56,739 nt of DNA, taken from positions 1-56,739 of the forward strand of contig CAYNPZ010000001.1 of the NCBI GenBank assembly GCA_964399175.1. The letters are read 5' to 3'. The notes below the pieces were generated by a model, which was not told the DNA's origin, searched no databases, and saw nothing but the letters and a program-made list of their open reading frames with translations. Numbering within the stretch: position 1 is the first letter of the stretch; every line of letters begins with the position of its first letter. Position numbers and translations under genes: made by a program. Shown here in pieces: positions 37,908-46,893 of this stretch. Source of the DNA: an uncultured Bacteroidales bacterium (GTDB lineage: Bacteria; Bacteroidota; Bacteroidia; Bacteroidales; UBA12077).

Positions 37908-38673
37908 GGTTCACTGGAATCCTGAAATTGGTATTATACTTGGCACAGGACTGGGAAGTATGACGAATGATATTGATGTACACTCCGCTATACCCTATCA
38001 AGATATTCCTGACTTCCCTGAATCTACAGTAGAGGGACATAATGGCCAACTCATATTTGGCGAGCTTGGAAATAAAAAAATTGTGGCCATGCAGGGCAGG
38101 TTTCACCACTATGAAGGTTATTCCATGCATAAAATAACCTATCCCGTGCGGGTCATGAAACTCCTGGGTATTCGGTATCTTTTTGTTTCCAATGCCAGCG
38201 GCGGGGTTAATCCTGAATTTGAGATCGGCGACATCATGATTATGAACGATCACATTAACCTTCTGCCCAATCCATTAATTGGCGAAAACATTGATGGGCT
38301 CGGTCCGAGAATCGTAGATATGAGCGAACCTTACGACAGGAATCTTATTGAAAAAGCGGAAAAAATAGCTGCCAATAAAGGGATAAAAATTCAAGAAGGT
38401 TGTTATGTGGCTACTTCGGGGCCTACCCTGGAAACACCAAAAGAATACCAGTATTTTAGGAGTATTGGTGGTGATGCTGTTGGAATGTCTACGGTACCGG
38501 AGGTTATTGTTGCCAGGCACATGGATATTCCCTGTTTTGCAGTATCCATTATCACCGATCTGGGAGTGCCAGGTAAAATTAAGAAGGTTACCCATGAAGA
38601 AGTGCAAAGGGTAGCTGAAAAGTCGGAGCCCAATATGACCTGCCTTATGGAACAATTGATTACGGATTTGTAG
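37864..38673 (+). CDS. purine nucleoside phosphorylase (trimeric PNP family)
   Basis: I prefer the ATG at 37864 (MLEKIRNTVSFIR). Motifs GRFHHYEG, GPTLETPKE and GDAVGMSTVPE. It overlaps the lpxK 3' end. Confidence 0.9.
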   Translation: MLEKIRNTVSFIRDKVHWNPEIGIILGTGLGSMTNDIDVHSAIPYQDIPDFPESTVEGHNGQLIFGELGNKKIVAMQGRFHHYEGYSMHKITYPVRVMKLLGIRYLFVSNASGGVNPEFEIGDIMIMNDHINLLPNPLIGENIDGLGPRIVDMSEPYDRNLIEKAEKIAANKGIKIQEGCYVATSGPTLETPKEYQYFRSIGGDAVGMSTVPEVIVARHMDIPCFAVSIITDLGVPGKIKKVTHEEVQRVAEKSEPNMTCLMEQLITDL

Positions 38674-38725
38674 ATACAGGTAGCCATAACCGGAAGGATC
38701 AGGATGAAAGATATTCCGTGCCCAC

Positions 38726-39097
38726 TTGTATTTATTTATCTGTATAGCAGGAATCATATTGTTTAGAGCATTCCTGAACTCGTTGAAAAATTTCCCTAAT
38801 TCGTCGAAGGGGGCACCTATCCTGTTAAAAGTGGTGGCTATCCCGTCAGTGAAGGTAGCTGTCTCGTCGGCAAGGGTGGCGGTCTCGTCATTAAGGGTAG
38901 CTGTCTCGTCGGTAAGGGTGGCTGTCTCGTTTGTGAGGGTAGCTATCTCGTTTGTGAGGGTAGCTATCTCGTCCGTAAGGGTAGCTATCTCGTCAGTAGG
39001 GGTAGCTATCTCGTCCGTAAGGGTAGCTATCTCGTCAGTAAGGGTGGCTATCTCGTCCGTAAGGGGAGCTATCTCGTCCGTAAGGGGAGCTATCTAA
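38726..39097 (+). CDS. questionable ORF spanning the 21-bp repeat array (TM-like N-terminus plus VAISSVR heptads)
   Basis: TTG start and 123 aa. This is the only frame across the array that has a start codon. Highly repetitive with no recognisable family. Confidence 0.15.
   Translation: MYLFICIAGIILFRAFLNSLKNFPNSSKGAPILLKVVAIPSVKVAVSSARVAVSSLRVAVSSVRVAVSFVRVAISFVRVAISSVRVAISSVGVAISSVRVAISSVRVAISSVRGAISSVRGAI
38791..39096. repeat. tandem array of 21-bp units, consensus GGTAGCTATCTCGTCCGTAAG
   Basis: Eleven full well-conserved units span 38854..39084. A truncated 12th unit starts at 39085. Two to three decayed units lie at 38791..38853. Identity is highest at the 3' (right-hand) end. Confidence 0.95.
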
Positions 39098-39145
39098 CCT
39101 ACGGATCACATTAACATTCAAAAAGATAAACGAATAAAAAGACAC

Positions 39146-42100
39146 CTATAATCTTCCTGCCAACACACAAGAAACCTTGTAAGATCTAACTTCCCCTTCC
39201 GGATTGTACACTTCCACATAAATTACATATATTCCCATTTTTGCTTTCCGGCGCCGAGCATCCAAACCATCCCAGGTAAAAAATCCTTCCGTACTCACTG
39301 TTTGATTGTTTACCAAATGGCGCACCATACGTCCCTTTGAATCATATATCCTTATGGTTGCCACATAACCGGGTTCATCAAAGCGGTAGTGGATATTCAA
39401 TAAATCCTCCTTTCCGTCGTTATCTGGGGAGAAAACTTCCGGCTTAAGGGTTATGGCGCCTTTGGACTCACTTTGCTCTGCAAACTGTGAATTTTTGTAG
39501 GTTGGAGTTCCATACCCGGAAGTATGCGAAGCCGACTGCCAGTTTGTTCGGTCATCGGAGGGTCTGTCGGGATGCACCCTTTCCAGGGAAACCCCTTCCG
39601 AATCCTTTAGCAGGGGGAAGTGCATTTTTTTCGTGTAGTCAAGCCGGTCAATCGGTTGCATCCATTTATCGATCAGAAGAACCGTACCTGCATCATCCGG
39701 GTAAGATGGAAAAGATTGAGTAACCACAAATCGATCCGGTCTTGCGGCAGGGTATTGCTCCATAACTTTTTCAGGTTTTGGGGTGTAAACCATATATGCT
39801 CCCGGATGCAACAACCTTCCGGCGGAGTTCATACAGGTAACCCTTTCTGTCTCCGAAGTAGTTTCATCTATTGTAGCCAGGCATACCTCTTTCAAATCAA
39901 CTGTTTGTCCTGAGCGATTGTAAACTTCTACAAAATCCACTCCATCGAAAACCGGGTTGAATAAAACTTCGTTGATGACAATATCTCCCGGCCCGGGATG
40001 TTGAGGTAGTTCAAACATCAGTGAGCTGTTCTCCATGATTTCGTTACCGGCGCAATCCCTGATCCCTTCCCGGATAATCAATTCATACCGGATATTTTTC
40101 CGAAACGGCTCATCAAATAAAAGTTTTAGCGTGGTATATTCGGGTGGCTGAACAAGCACGAATGATGGCCTTCCCAACCCGGTTACCCGGAAGATGGCTG
40201 GATCTTTAACTGTAGAGCGGTCATAGGCTTCATTAAAATGAAGCAGAAGGGTCGCCGAATCCGGTATAGTGACATGAAAGGGCTTAATGGGATTGATATC
40301 CGGATTTTCAGCGAAAACGGAATTCTCCTGAGCCGGCGTGCCACCTTCTTTCGATTTTGAAGCGGCCCAGTTTTCCTTCCCTCCGCAGGGATTTCCCGGA
40401 TCAATCTGTTCAAGCGACCAGCCTCCTTCTTTTTTGTATTCATCTTCATACCATTCTTCCGAAAAGTCAATGAAAGAGATGATCTCTCCGAGTCTGTCTT
40501 CCAGCACAATGGGTTCACCCGAATTGGTGATCGCAGGAAAATGGTCCACTCCCCATGCTCTTCCATACCAGCCAAAGGCTTCTTCAAATTCAGTATCACA
40601 GAGAATGCAATATTCGCCGGGGAGCATCGACAGATCTCCAATATCCTCTGAAGAATTTCCTATAACAATGTTCCAGCCGCTGAGAAAAATTTCATAATCG
40701 CTGTTGTTGTACAATTCTATATATTCAGCAGCAGGCAGGCCCATGGAAGGCTCGGGATCTGCCATGATCTCATTGATGACCACATCAAAAGGACTGACCG
40801 GATGATAAGTGAAATCATGTGTGAGGTTTGCTGCCTGATTTCCGCATTCATCTGCTATACGGTCAATGCGAAGTGTATACTCCTGGTCCGGCTTAAAATG
40901 CTTTCTGAATAAAAGCAAAATATCTTTTTTTACAGGTTCTTTAATGATAACAGAATAGGGATGTCCCGGTTCCCCGTCTACAGAATAATTTTGCACATCT
41001 TTTGCAGTCTCTTTTGAAACAGGTTCAGAGAAATTTATTCTTAGCTGATAATCGGTCACTGTTTCAAAATAGCAGATCAGTGGGGGCAAAGTATCAATAT
41101 TTTCAGCATAAACGGAATTTCTGCTACCCGGCGTTCCGCCCCGTGGATTTTGTGTAACCTTCCAGTTGGTCATACCACTGCAATGGTTTTCCGGATCGAT
41201 CCTTTCCAGGGAATAGCCCCCGTCGTCCTTTTCTTCATTCCGGTACCAGCTTTCATAGTAGGATACACTGTCCATCAGAATTCCCTTATCATTGCTCAGG
41301 AAGACATCGGAACCCGAATTTCTCAATACAGGAAATACGGGAAAAGGCATTACATTTCCATATAGGCTAAATTTCCCGGCATATTCTTCATCGCAAAGAA
41401 TTATATATTGATTAGGCGGTAAAGCCCCGGATGGTAAAATCTTTTCTCCATTCCCAATGAATAGGCTCCATCCCTCCAGATCCACAGTTTCTGTAGTCCG
41501 GTTATACAATTCAATGTATTCCGCCTCCGGCAAATCAACAGAAGGGTAAGGGTCAGCCATAATTTCGTTAATCACAATATCATAAGTCCTGTTCTTTGAA
41601 AAATAGATGTTTCCTTTGTACGGGACCATTGTATCATTGAATATATCTGTTATCCCATCAATCAGGATTTGATATGTCTCTCCGGTTTGCAAGGGTTTGT
41701 CCAGTGCAACTAATACACCGTCAGGCTCATCTGCAGGGATGATCACTTCAGAGGCAAATCCTATATCCGGTGAAATGTTATAATTTTCTATATTTTTGGC
41801 GGAGGAAATATCCACAGCCCGGCTAAATCGAACAAGGAGGGAATCTGCTGAGGGTGCTGTTACTGTATCTACCCGTAATTTTTTGTATCTGAAAGAAAGC
41901 AGGGTATCTTTCAGGGGGTTGCCTGCCAGATCCTGAAAGCCATTCAAAGATAGTTTATATTCAAACGAATCGGTCAAGGCTCTGTCGAATATCAACCTGA
42001 CCTTTGTATGCATTGTATCTGTAAGATGGATACTATCAATGGATACGTTCCCGTTGATGAGCTGAAAATTTGATGGGTTGATCAATAATGAGCTATCCAG

Positions 42101-42868
42101 TGGCTCAGAAAAACCGATGTTTAATGCAGAACTGTGAATTACACGGGCGTCGGTAACGCTTGGAGCCAGTGTATCCTGAATGGGTGGTCCGATATAGATG
42201 TTATCAAACCACAATTTCTTATCGGCCGATGAAGTGTATTCATGATAGATTCCAACATACTGCGAAGAACTAAAATTCATATCCGTAGTTTTTCCAATCT
42301 CTTTCAACCGGCCGAATCCTCCATTTTCATCTATCCTGATCCTCCATGAGCCATTGGTACAAACAATTTCCAATCCCACTGCCCGGCCGGGAATGATGTT
42401 TTCCTGCCAGTTGTATCCGGTATTCAAAATTTCATAACCCGAGCCGGAAGATATCCTCCATAATTTGATACAATCATCCGAGCCGCTGTAATTCACACCT
42501 ACAACGTATCCGTTGGAGCTACCGGAAGGATGCATTTCAGCAGCATCCTGGTCTGAAACAAGAAAGAATCCCCAGTTGTTGCTGCTTGAAGGATTGTAGT
42601 CATATTTTACCAGAAAACGCCAAACCAGGTTGGTATCGGTCAAACTGAAAGAAGCAGGAAATGACAGCCGGTCACGACCGGCATTCTGATTGTCATAACT
42701 ATGATGAAGCGAATAATTGCCTTCTATAGGTTCAAGCGAATCCAGGCTCCATCTCTTTTCAGGGAACTGAGACCATTTTTTCAGGTCTTGGTGCTCAAAA
42801 TCAAAGAACATTTGTCCCTGGGTAACATTTATTGCAAGGAAGAAAAAAACAAAAAGGATATTTTTCAT
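39146..42868 (-). CDS. secreted lamin-tail-domain (LTD) repeat protein with a T9SS type-B-like C-terminal domain
   Basis: 1240 aa with a signal peptide. Three LTD modules (VINEIMADPYPSVDLPEAEYIELYN, VINEIMADPEPSMGLPAAEYIELYN, VINEVLFNPVFDGVDFVEVYN) are interleaved with Ig-like modules. The C-terminus (FSPDNDGKED...IRIYDSKGRMV...FTWDG...GIYVIYVEV) resembles the gliding-associated C-terminal domain. Confidence 0.82.
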   Translation of the reverse strand: MKNILFVFFFLAINVTQGQMFFDFEHQDLKKWSQFPEKRWSLDSLEPIEGNYSLHHSYDNQNAGRDRLSFPASFSLTDTNLVWRFLVKYDYNPSSSNNWGFFLVSDQDAAEMHPSGSSNGYVVGVNYSGSDDCIKLWRISSGSGYEILNTGYNWQENIIPGRAVGLEIVCTNGSWRIRIDENGGFGRLKEIGKTTDMNFSSSQYVGIYHEYTSSADKKLWFDNIYIGPPIQDTLAPSVTDARVIHSSALNIGFSEPLDSSLLINPSNFQLINGNVSIDSIHLTDTMHTKVRLIFDRALTDSFEYKLSLNGFQDLAGNPLKDTLLSFRYKKLRVDTVTAPSADSLLVRFSRAVDISSAKNIENYNISPDIGFASEVIIPADEPDGVLVALDKPLQTGETYQILIDGITDIFNDTMVPYKGNIYFSKNRTYDIVINEIMADPYPSVDLPEAEYIELYNRTTETVDLEGWSLFIGNGEKILPSGALPPNQYIILCDEEYAGKFSLYGNVMPFPVFPVLRNSGSDVFLSNDKGILMDSVSYYESWYRNEEKDDGGYSLERIDPENHCSGMTNWKVTQNPRGGTPGSRNSVYAENIDTLPPLICYFETVTDYQLRINFSEPVSKETAKDVQNYSVDGEPGHPYSVIIKEPVKKDILLLFRKHFKPDQEYTLRIDRIADECGNQAANLTHDFTYHPVSPFDVVINEIMADPEPSMGLPAAEYIELYNNSDYEIFLSGWNIVIGNSSEDIGDLSMLPGEYCILCDTEFEEAFGWYGRAWGVDHFPAITNSGEPIVLEDRLGEIISFIDFSEEWYEDEYKKEGGWSLEQIDPGNPCGGKENWAASKSKEGGTPAQENSVFAENPDINPIKPFHVTIPDSATLLLHFNEAYDRSTVKDPAIFRVTGLGRPSFVLVQPPEYTTLKLLFDEPFRKNIRYELIIREGIRDCAGNEIMENSSLMFELPQHPGPGDIVINEVLFNPVFDGVDFVEVYNRSGQTVDLKEVCLATIDETTSETERVTCMNSAGRLLHPGAYMVYTPKPEKVMEQYPAARPDRFVVTQSFPSYPDDAGTVLLIDKWMQPIDRLDYTKKMHFPLLKDSEGVSLERVHPDRPSDDRTNWQSASHTSGYGTPTYKNSQFAEQSESKGAITLKPEVFSPDNDGKEDLLNIHYRFDEPGYVATIRIYDSKGRMVRHLVNNQTVSTEGFFTWDGLDARRRKAKMGIYVIYVEVYNPEGEVRSYKVSCVLAGRL

Positions 42869-42884
42869 GAATGAAAAAATATAA

Positions 42885-42892
42885 TATATTTG
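42885..42892 (+). promoter_or_regulatory. -7 promoter box (TAnnTTTG) upstream of asd
   Basis: TATATTTG lies 52 nt upstream of the ATG at 42944. Confidence 0.4.
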
Positions 42893-42943
42893 AAAGTTTT
42901 AGTAATCTTACAGATTTTTAATTAAAAATAAAATTTTTTTGTT

Positions 42944-43930
42944 ATGAAAGTTGCAGTTGTGGGTGCCACGGGTATTGTGGGTCAGGAAATGCTGAAAGTA
43001 CTTGTGGAGAGAAAATTTCCCTATTCGGAAGTTTATCCGGTGGGTTCTGAAAGATCACAGGGTACCAAGGTGGAATTTGATGGCAGGGAGCTGGAAGTTA
43101 AAGGGATTCAGGAAGTTGTTGACTTAAAACCAGATCTTGCTCTATTTTCCGCGGGAAAAGAAGTGGCGCTGGAATGGGCACCGGAATTTGCCAGGGTCGG
43201 TACAACTGTCGTAGATAATTCAGCAGCTTTCAGGATGGAAGCAGATAAGAAGCTGATTGTGCCTGAAATCAATGGCGACCAGCTGACCAGTGAAGATAAG
43301 ATCATAGCCAACCCCAACTGTTCGACCATTCAGATGGTGATGGCCATTTACCCGCTCCATAAAAAATTTAAGATCAACAGAATTGTCGTAGCTACCTATC
43401 AGGCTGTTTCAGGCTCCGGTAAGGAAGCGGTTGACCAGTTGAAAGATGAAATGAGCATTCAGGAAGGGAAGAGAGCTTATCCTCATCAGATTTTAAACAA
43501 TGCCCTTCCTCATTGTGGAGGATTTCAGGATAACAGTTATACTTCCGAAGAAACCAAGCTGGTATTTGAAACCCAGAAGATCGTTGACCACAGTATCTGG
43601 GTAACGGCAACAGCAGTGAGAATACCGGTGTTCCGTGGACACTCCGAGGCTGTCAACATAACTTTCCAGAACGAGTTCGATTTACAGGATGTAAAAAATA
43701 TACTAAAGAGCAGTCCGGGAATTGTGCTTCAGGATAATCCGGAGGAAAACCTTTATCCCATGCCCAAAACCGCAGAAAACAAGGATGAGGTATTCATTGG
43801 CCGTGTGAGGAGGGATTTTTCACACAGCAAAAGCTTAAACATATGGGTAGTTTCAGACAATTTGAGAAAGGGTGCAGCAACCAACGCCATTCAGATTGCT
43901 GAGTACTTAGTGGATAAACAATTGCTATAG
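42944..43930 (+). CDS. asd: aspartate-semialdehyde dehydrogenase
   Basis: 328 aa. VVGATGIVGQ motif, the IANPNCSTIQ active-site Cys, and SGSGK. Confidence 0.95.
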   Translation: MKVAVVGATGIVGQEMLKVLVERKFPYSEVYPVGSERSQGTKVEFDGRELEVKGIQEVVDLKPDLALFSAGKEVALEWAPEFARVGTTVVDNSAAFRMEADKKLIVPEINGDQLTSEDKIIANPNCSTIQMVMAIYPLHKKFKINRIVVATYQAVSGSGKEAVDQLKDEMSIQEGKRAYPHQILNNALPHCGGFQDNSYTSEETKLVFETQKIVDHSIWVTATAVRIPVFRGHSEAVNITFQNEFDLQDVKNILKSSPGIVLQDNPEENLYPMPKTAENKDEVFIGRVRRDFSHSKSLNIWVVSDNLRKGAATNAIQIAEYLVDKQLL

Positions 43931-43988
43931 GACAAAAATCATCCTTTAAATTTCCATAAATTCAGTATAATCAATTTAGGAAAGACGT

Positions 43989-45479
43989 ATGGCTGCGAAT
44001 ATTCCGGTGCAGATGCTCAAATCTATTAAGCAACCTGCCGCAGTGGTTGATAGCAGTTATATCTACACATTTGTAAACAAGGCTTTCTGCGAATATCATC
44101 AAATATCTCAAGAAGAAATTGTTGGCAGACATGTAGAGCAAATCACAGGAAGTAATAACTTCCGACACCGGTTTAAGCCTCACTTCGACCAATGCCTGAG
44201 GGGAGAAGAAGTCAGTTTTGATTTCAGACCCATCGGATCAGAAAACAGCGATACCATCAGTCAAATCCATCTGTACCCTTGTTTTTCGGATGGGGATACT
44301 GTTGATTCACTCGTGGTCATTTCGGATATTCAGGACACCAGGAAATCTTTCCAGGAGCTAAGGGAACGGGAAAGGAGATTCCGTTTGCTTGCGGAATATT
44401 CAACGGATATTGTGTATACCACCGACATTTATCAGCAGTTTACCTTTATATCGCCTTCAGTGGAAAAAATTCTCGGGTATACTGTAAATGAAGCTCTAAC
44501 CATGAATGCCCGGGATATTATGACCGAAGCATCTTACCAGGATCAGCTTGAAGCCTTCAGAAAAATACTTGCTGATCCTCAATCTAATCCAGAAACTACA
44601 GAGGTAAAGGCCTTGGAGCTCATTCGAAAAGACGGCTCTAAATTATGGGGTGAAGTGCATGCCAGGCTCCTGCTTGATAAGTCCAATCAGCCCTATGGAG
44701 TATTGGGTATTTGCAGGGATATTACCCAGCGTAAAATGCTTGAAAACGAACTATGGGAAGCAAAAGAAAAGGCTGAGGAAAATGAACGGCTAAAAACAGC
44801 ATTCCTGGCTAATCTCTCTCATGAAATCCGCACCCCTCTGAACATTATCCTGGGATATGTGCAATTGCTCGATAAACCTGATCTATCTCCAGAAAACAGG
44901 GAACAATACATAGATGCTATCTACAATTCCTCAGATCATTTAATTGATATCATCAATGATGTGCTAAGCATGGCCAAGCTGGAGACAGGCCAGCAATCCC
45001 TTCAAATCAATCCATTCAATCTGAATTCACTTATCCAGGAAACTTATTACTCTTTTGAGCCTAAAGCCAGGAGAAACAACATCCGTTTTGACATCAATAT
45101 TCCGTCTTCGGATAATCCGATTGAGCTCCGGTCGGATGAAAACAAGGTAAGGCAAATCCTGGCCAATTTGCTCAACAATGCCTTTAAATTTACCCCTGAG
45201 GGAGGGGAAATTTCTTTTGGATATTCAATGGATAACGGAAATGTCCATTTCTTTGTAAAAGATAACGGGATCGGCATACCCGGTGAGCATCACGAAAGGA
45301 TCTTTGAAAGGTTCACCCAGTTGGAAGATTCGGATAAAAGAAAATATGAGGGTACAGGCCTGGGTCTTCCCATATCAAGGGGACTGGTAGAGCTTCTGGG
45401 GGGAAACATCCAGGTGGAATCCAAATCCGATAAAGGTGCTACCTTTTCGTTTTTCATACCGGCGGCGAATAATGATTGA
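43989..45479 (+). CDS. cytoplasmic PAS-domain sensor histidine kinase
   Basis: 496 aa. Two PAS-like regions, H-box FLANLSHEIRTPLN, and N/G boxes NLLNNAFKFT, DNGIGI, GTGLGL. No adjacent response regulator. Confidence 0.88.
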   Translation: MAANIPVQMLKSIKQPAAVVDSSYIYTFVNKAFCEYHQISQEEIVGRHVEQITGSNNFRHRFKPHFDQCLRGEEVSFDFRPIGSENSDTISQIHLYPCFSDGDTVDSLVVISDIQDTRKSFQELRERERRFRLLAEYSTDIVYTTDIYQQFTFISPSVEKILGYTVNEALTMNARDIMTEASYQDQLEAFRKILADPQSNPETTEVKALELIRKDGSKLWGEVHARLLLDKSNQPYGVLGICRDITQRKMLENELWEAKEKAEENERLKTAFLANLSHEIRTPLNIILGYVQLLDKPDLSPENREQYIDAIYNSSDHLIDIINDVLSMAKLETGQQSLQINPFNLNSLIQETYYSFEPKARRNNIRFDINIPSSDNPIELRSDENKVRQILANLLNNAFKFTPEGGEISFGYSMDNGNVHFFVKDNGIGIPGEHHERIFERFTQLEDSDKRKYEGTGLGLPISRGLVELLGGNIQVESKSDKGATFSFFIPAANND

Positions 45480-45526
45480 ACACCCACTCTGGCTTTTAGA
45501 CAACTCCAACCAACGACTATGGGAAG

Positions 45527-46711
45527 CTAGTAAAGAAAATCATAATACGGATACCGCTGTACGTGAATTTTTTTCACTTCGTGGTACAGGGTTTCTCTTA
45601 GCTCCTGGATATTGGTCCTGTTCTGTGCAGATATGAATATGTTGGAATCGTTCGATTTTGCTATCCAGCTATCCTTCAAATCATGGTAGGCCTTGAGCTT
45701 ATCATCGGACTCCTGGCCATTATCACCGGGATTGCCGTTCTCATAAAGGTCGATCTTGTTGAAGACTACATGGGTGGGTGTGTCTCCGGCACCAATCTCC
45801 CGCAAGGTTTGATTTACCACCTTAATTTGTTCCTGAAAACCGCCATGGCTGATGTCCACAACATGAAGCAGAATATCCGCTTCACGTACCTCATCCAGTG
45901 TTGATTTAAAAGATTCTACAAGGCTGTGCGGAAGCTTCCGTATAAATCCTACGGTATCTGTAAGCAAAAAAGGCAGATTCCCTATGGCTACCTTCCTAAC
46001 GGTGGTATCCAGGGTAGCAAAGAGCTTGTTTTCCTCAAAAACCTCGGATTTGCTCAGTACATTCATCAGGGTGGATTTACCTACATTGGTATATCCAACC
46101 AGTGCCACCCTCACCAGTTTACCCCGGTTCTTCCGCTGGGTGGCCTTTTGCTTGTCAATTTTGGCCAACTGGTTTTTCAGCCGGGTTATTTTGTCCCTTA
46201 CAATTCTCCGGTCGGTTTCAATCTCCCGCTCACCGGGACCTCTTGTTCCAATGCCACCCCGTTGTCTTTCCAGATGGGTCCACATCCCGGTCAGCCTGGG
46301 AAGCAGATACTCATACTGGGCAAGTTCCACCTGGGTTTTTGCATGGGCAGTTTTGGCCCGCTTGGCAAAAATGTCCAAAATGAGGTTGGTACGGTCCATC
46401 ACTTTCGACTTCATCAGTTTCTCCACATTCCTCAACTGGGAAGGCGTTAGCTCTTCGTCGAAAATGACCGTATCTACATTGTTTTCCTTATTGTATTGCT
46501 TGATCTCGTTTAATTTACCTGAACCGATAAAGGTCTTGGGATCCGGCTTGCTCAATTGCTGGGTAAATTTTTTAACGGGATTGGCACCCGCTGTTCTGGC
46601 AAGAAATGCCAGCTCATCCAGATATTCCTCTACTTTATTTTCATCCTGTTCCTGATTTATGATTCCTACCAATACAACACGTTCAGCATCAAATTTCTTT
46701 TTTTCAAGCAT
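45527..46711 (-). CDS. hflX: GTPase HflX
   Basis: 394 aa. HflX N-terminal domain (QVELAQYEYLLPRL) and G motifs GYTNVGKST, DTVGF, NKID. Confidence 0.93.
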   Translation of the reverse strand: MLEKKKFDAERVVLVGIINQEQDENKVEEYLDELAFLARTAGANPVKKFTQQLSKPDPKTFIGSGKLNEIKQYNKENNVDTVIFDEELTPSQLRNVEKLMKSKVMDRTNLILDIFAKRAKTAHAKTQVELAQYEYLLPRLTGMWTHLERQRGGIGTRGPGEREIETDRRIVRDKITRLKNQLAKIDKQKATQRKNRGKLVRVALVGYTNVGKSTLMNVLSKSEVFEENKLFATLDTTVRKVAIGNLPFLLTDTVGFIRKLPHSLVESFKSTLDEVREADILLHVVDISHGGFQEQIKVVNQTLREIGAGDTPTHVVFNKIDLYENGNPGDNGQESDDKLKAYHDLKDSWIAKSNDSNIFISAQNRTNIQELRETLYHEVKKIHVQRYPYYDFLY

Positions 46712-46737
46712 ATGTATTAACCTCTAATGATTTACTG

Positions 46738-46745
46738 CAAAAGTA
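46738..46745 (-). promoter_or_regulatory. -7 promoter box (TAnnTTTG on the minus strand) for hflX
   Basis: Plus-strand CAAAAGTA equals minus-strand TACTTTTG, 27 nt upstream of the hflX ATG. Confidence 0.4.
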
Positions 46746-46859
46746 TATATTTTACTCCATCTGTAAATGTAACCTTTCACTATTGACTTAACGTTAAACT
46801 CCTTCCCGAATATTGTATCCAATTAAAAAAAGAGCCCGATACACAACCTTTAATTTTTT

Positions 46860-46867
46860 TAATTTTG
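46860..46867 (+). promoter_or_regulatory. -7 promoter box (TAnnTTTG)
   Basis: TAATTTTG lies 27 nt upstream of the ATG at 46894. Confidence 0.4.
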
Positions 46868-46893
46868 AAATAAAAACCATAAAACTGTCATCT

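Noticed and set aside
38275-38757. 160-aa minus-strand ORF, in frame with the LTDEIAT reading of the repeat array, giving an apparent 273-codon open stretch
   Set aside because: Most of it runs antisense through the well-supported PNP gene. The frame is closed by TAG at 39094..39096 and by TGA at 39118..39120 further upstream. There is no start codon between 39093 and 38757. I treat the part inside PNP as a shadow ORF.
38791-39096. Possible CRISPR array
   Set aside because: The units are directly abutting 21-mers with no spacers, there are no cas genes in the window, and the unit is shorter than known CRISPR repeats.
45984-46655. 223-aa and 174-aa plus-strand ORFs inside hflX
   Set aside because: Both are antisense shadows of a clear GTPase gene, with Ser/Leu/Arg-rich low-complexity translations.
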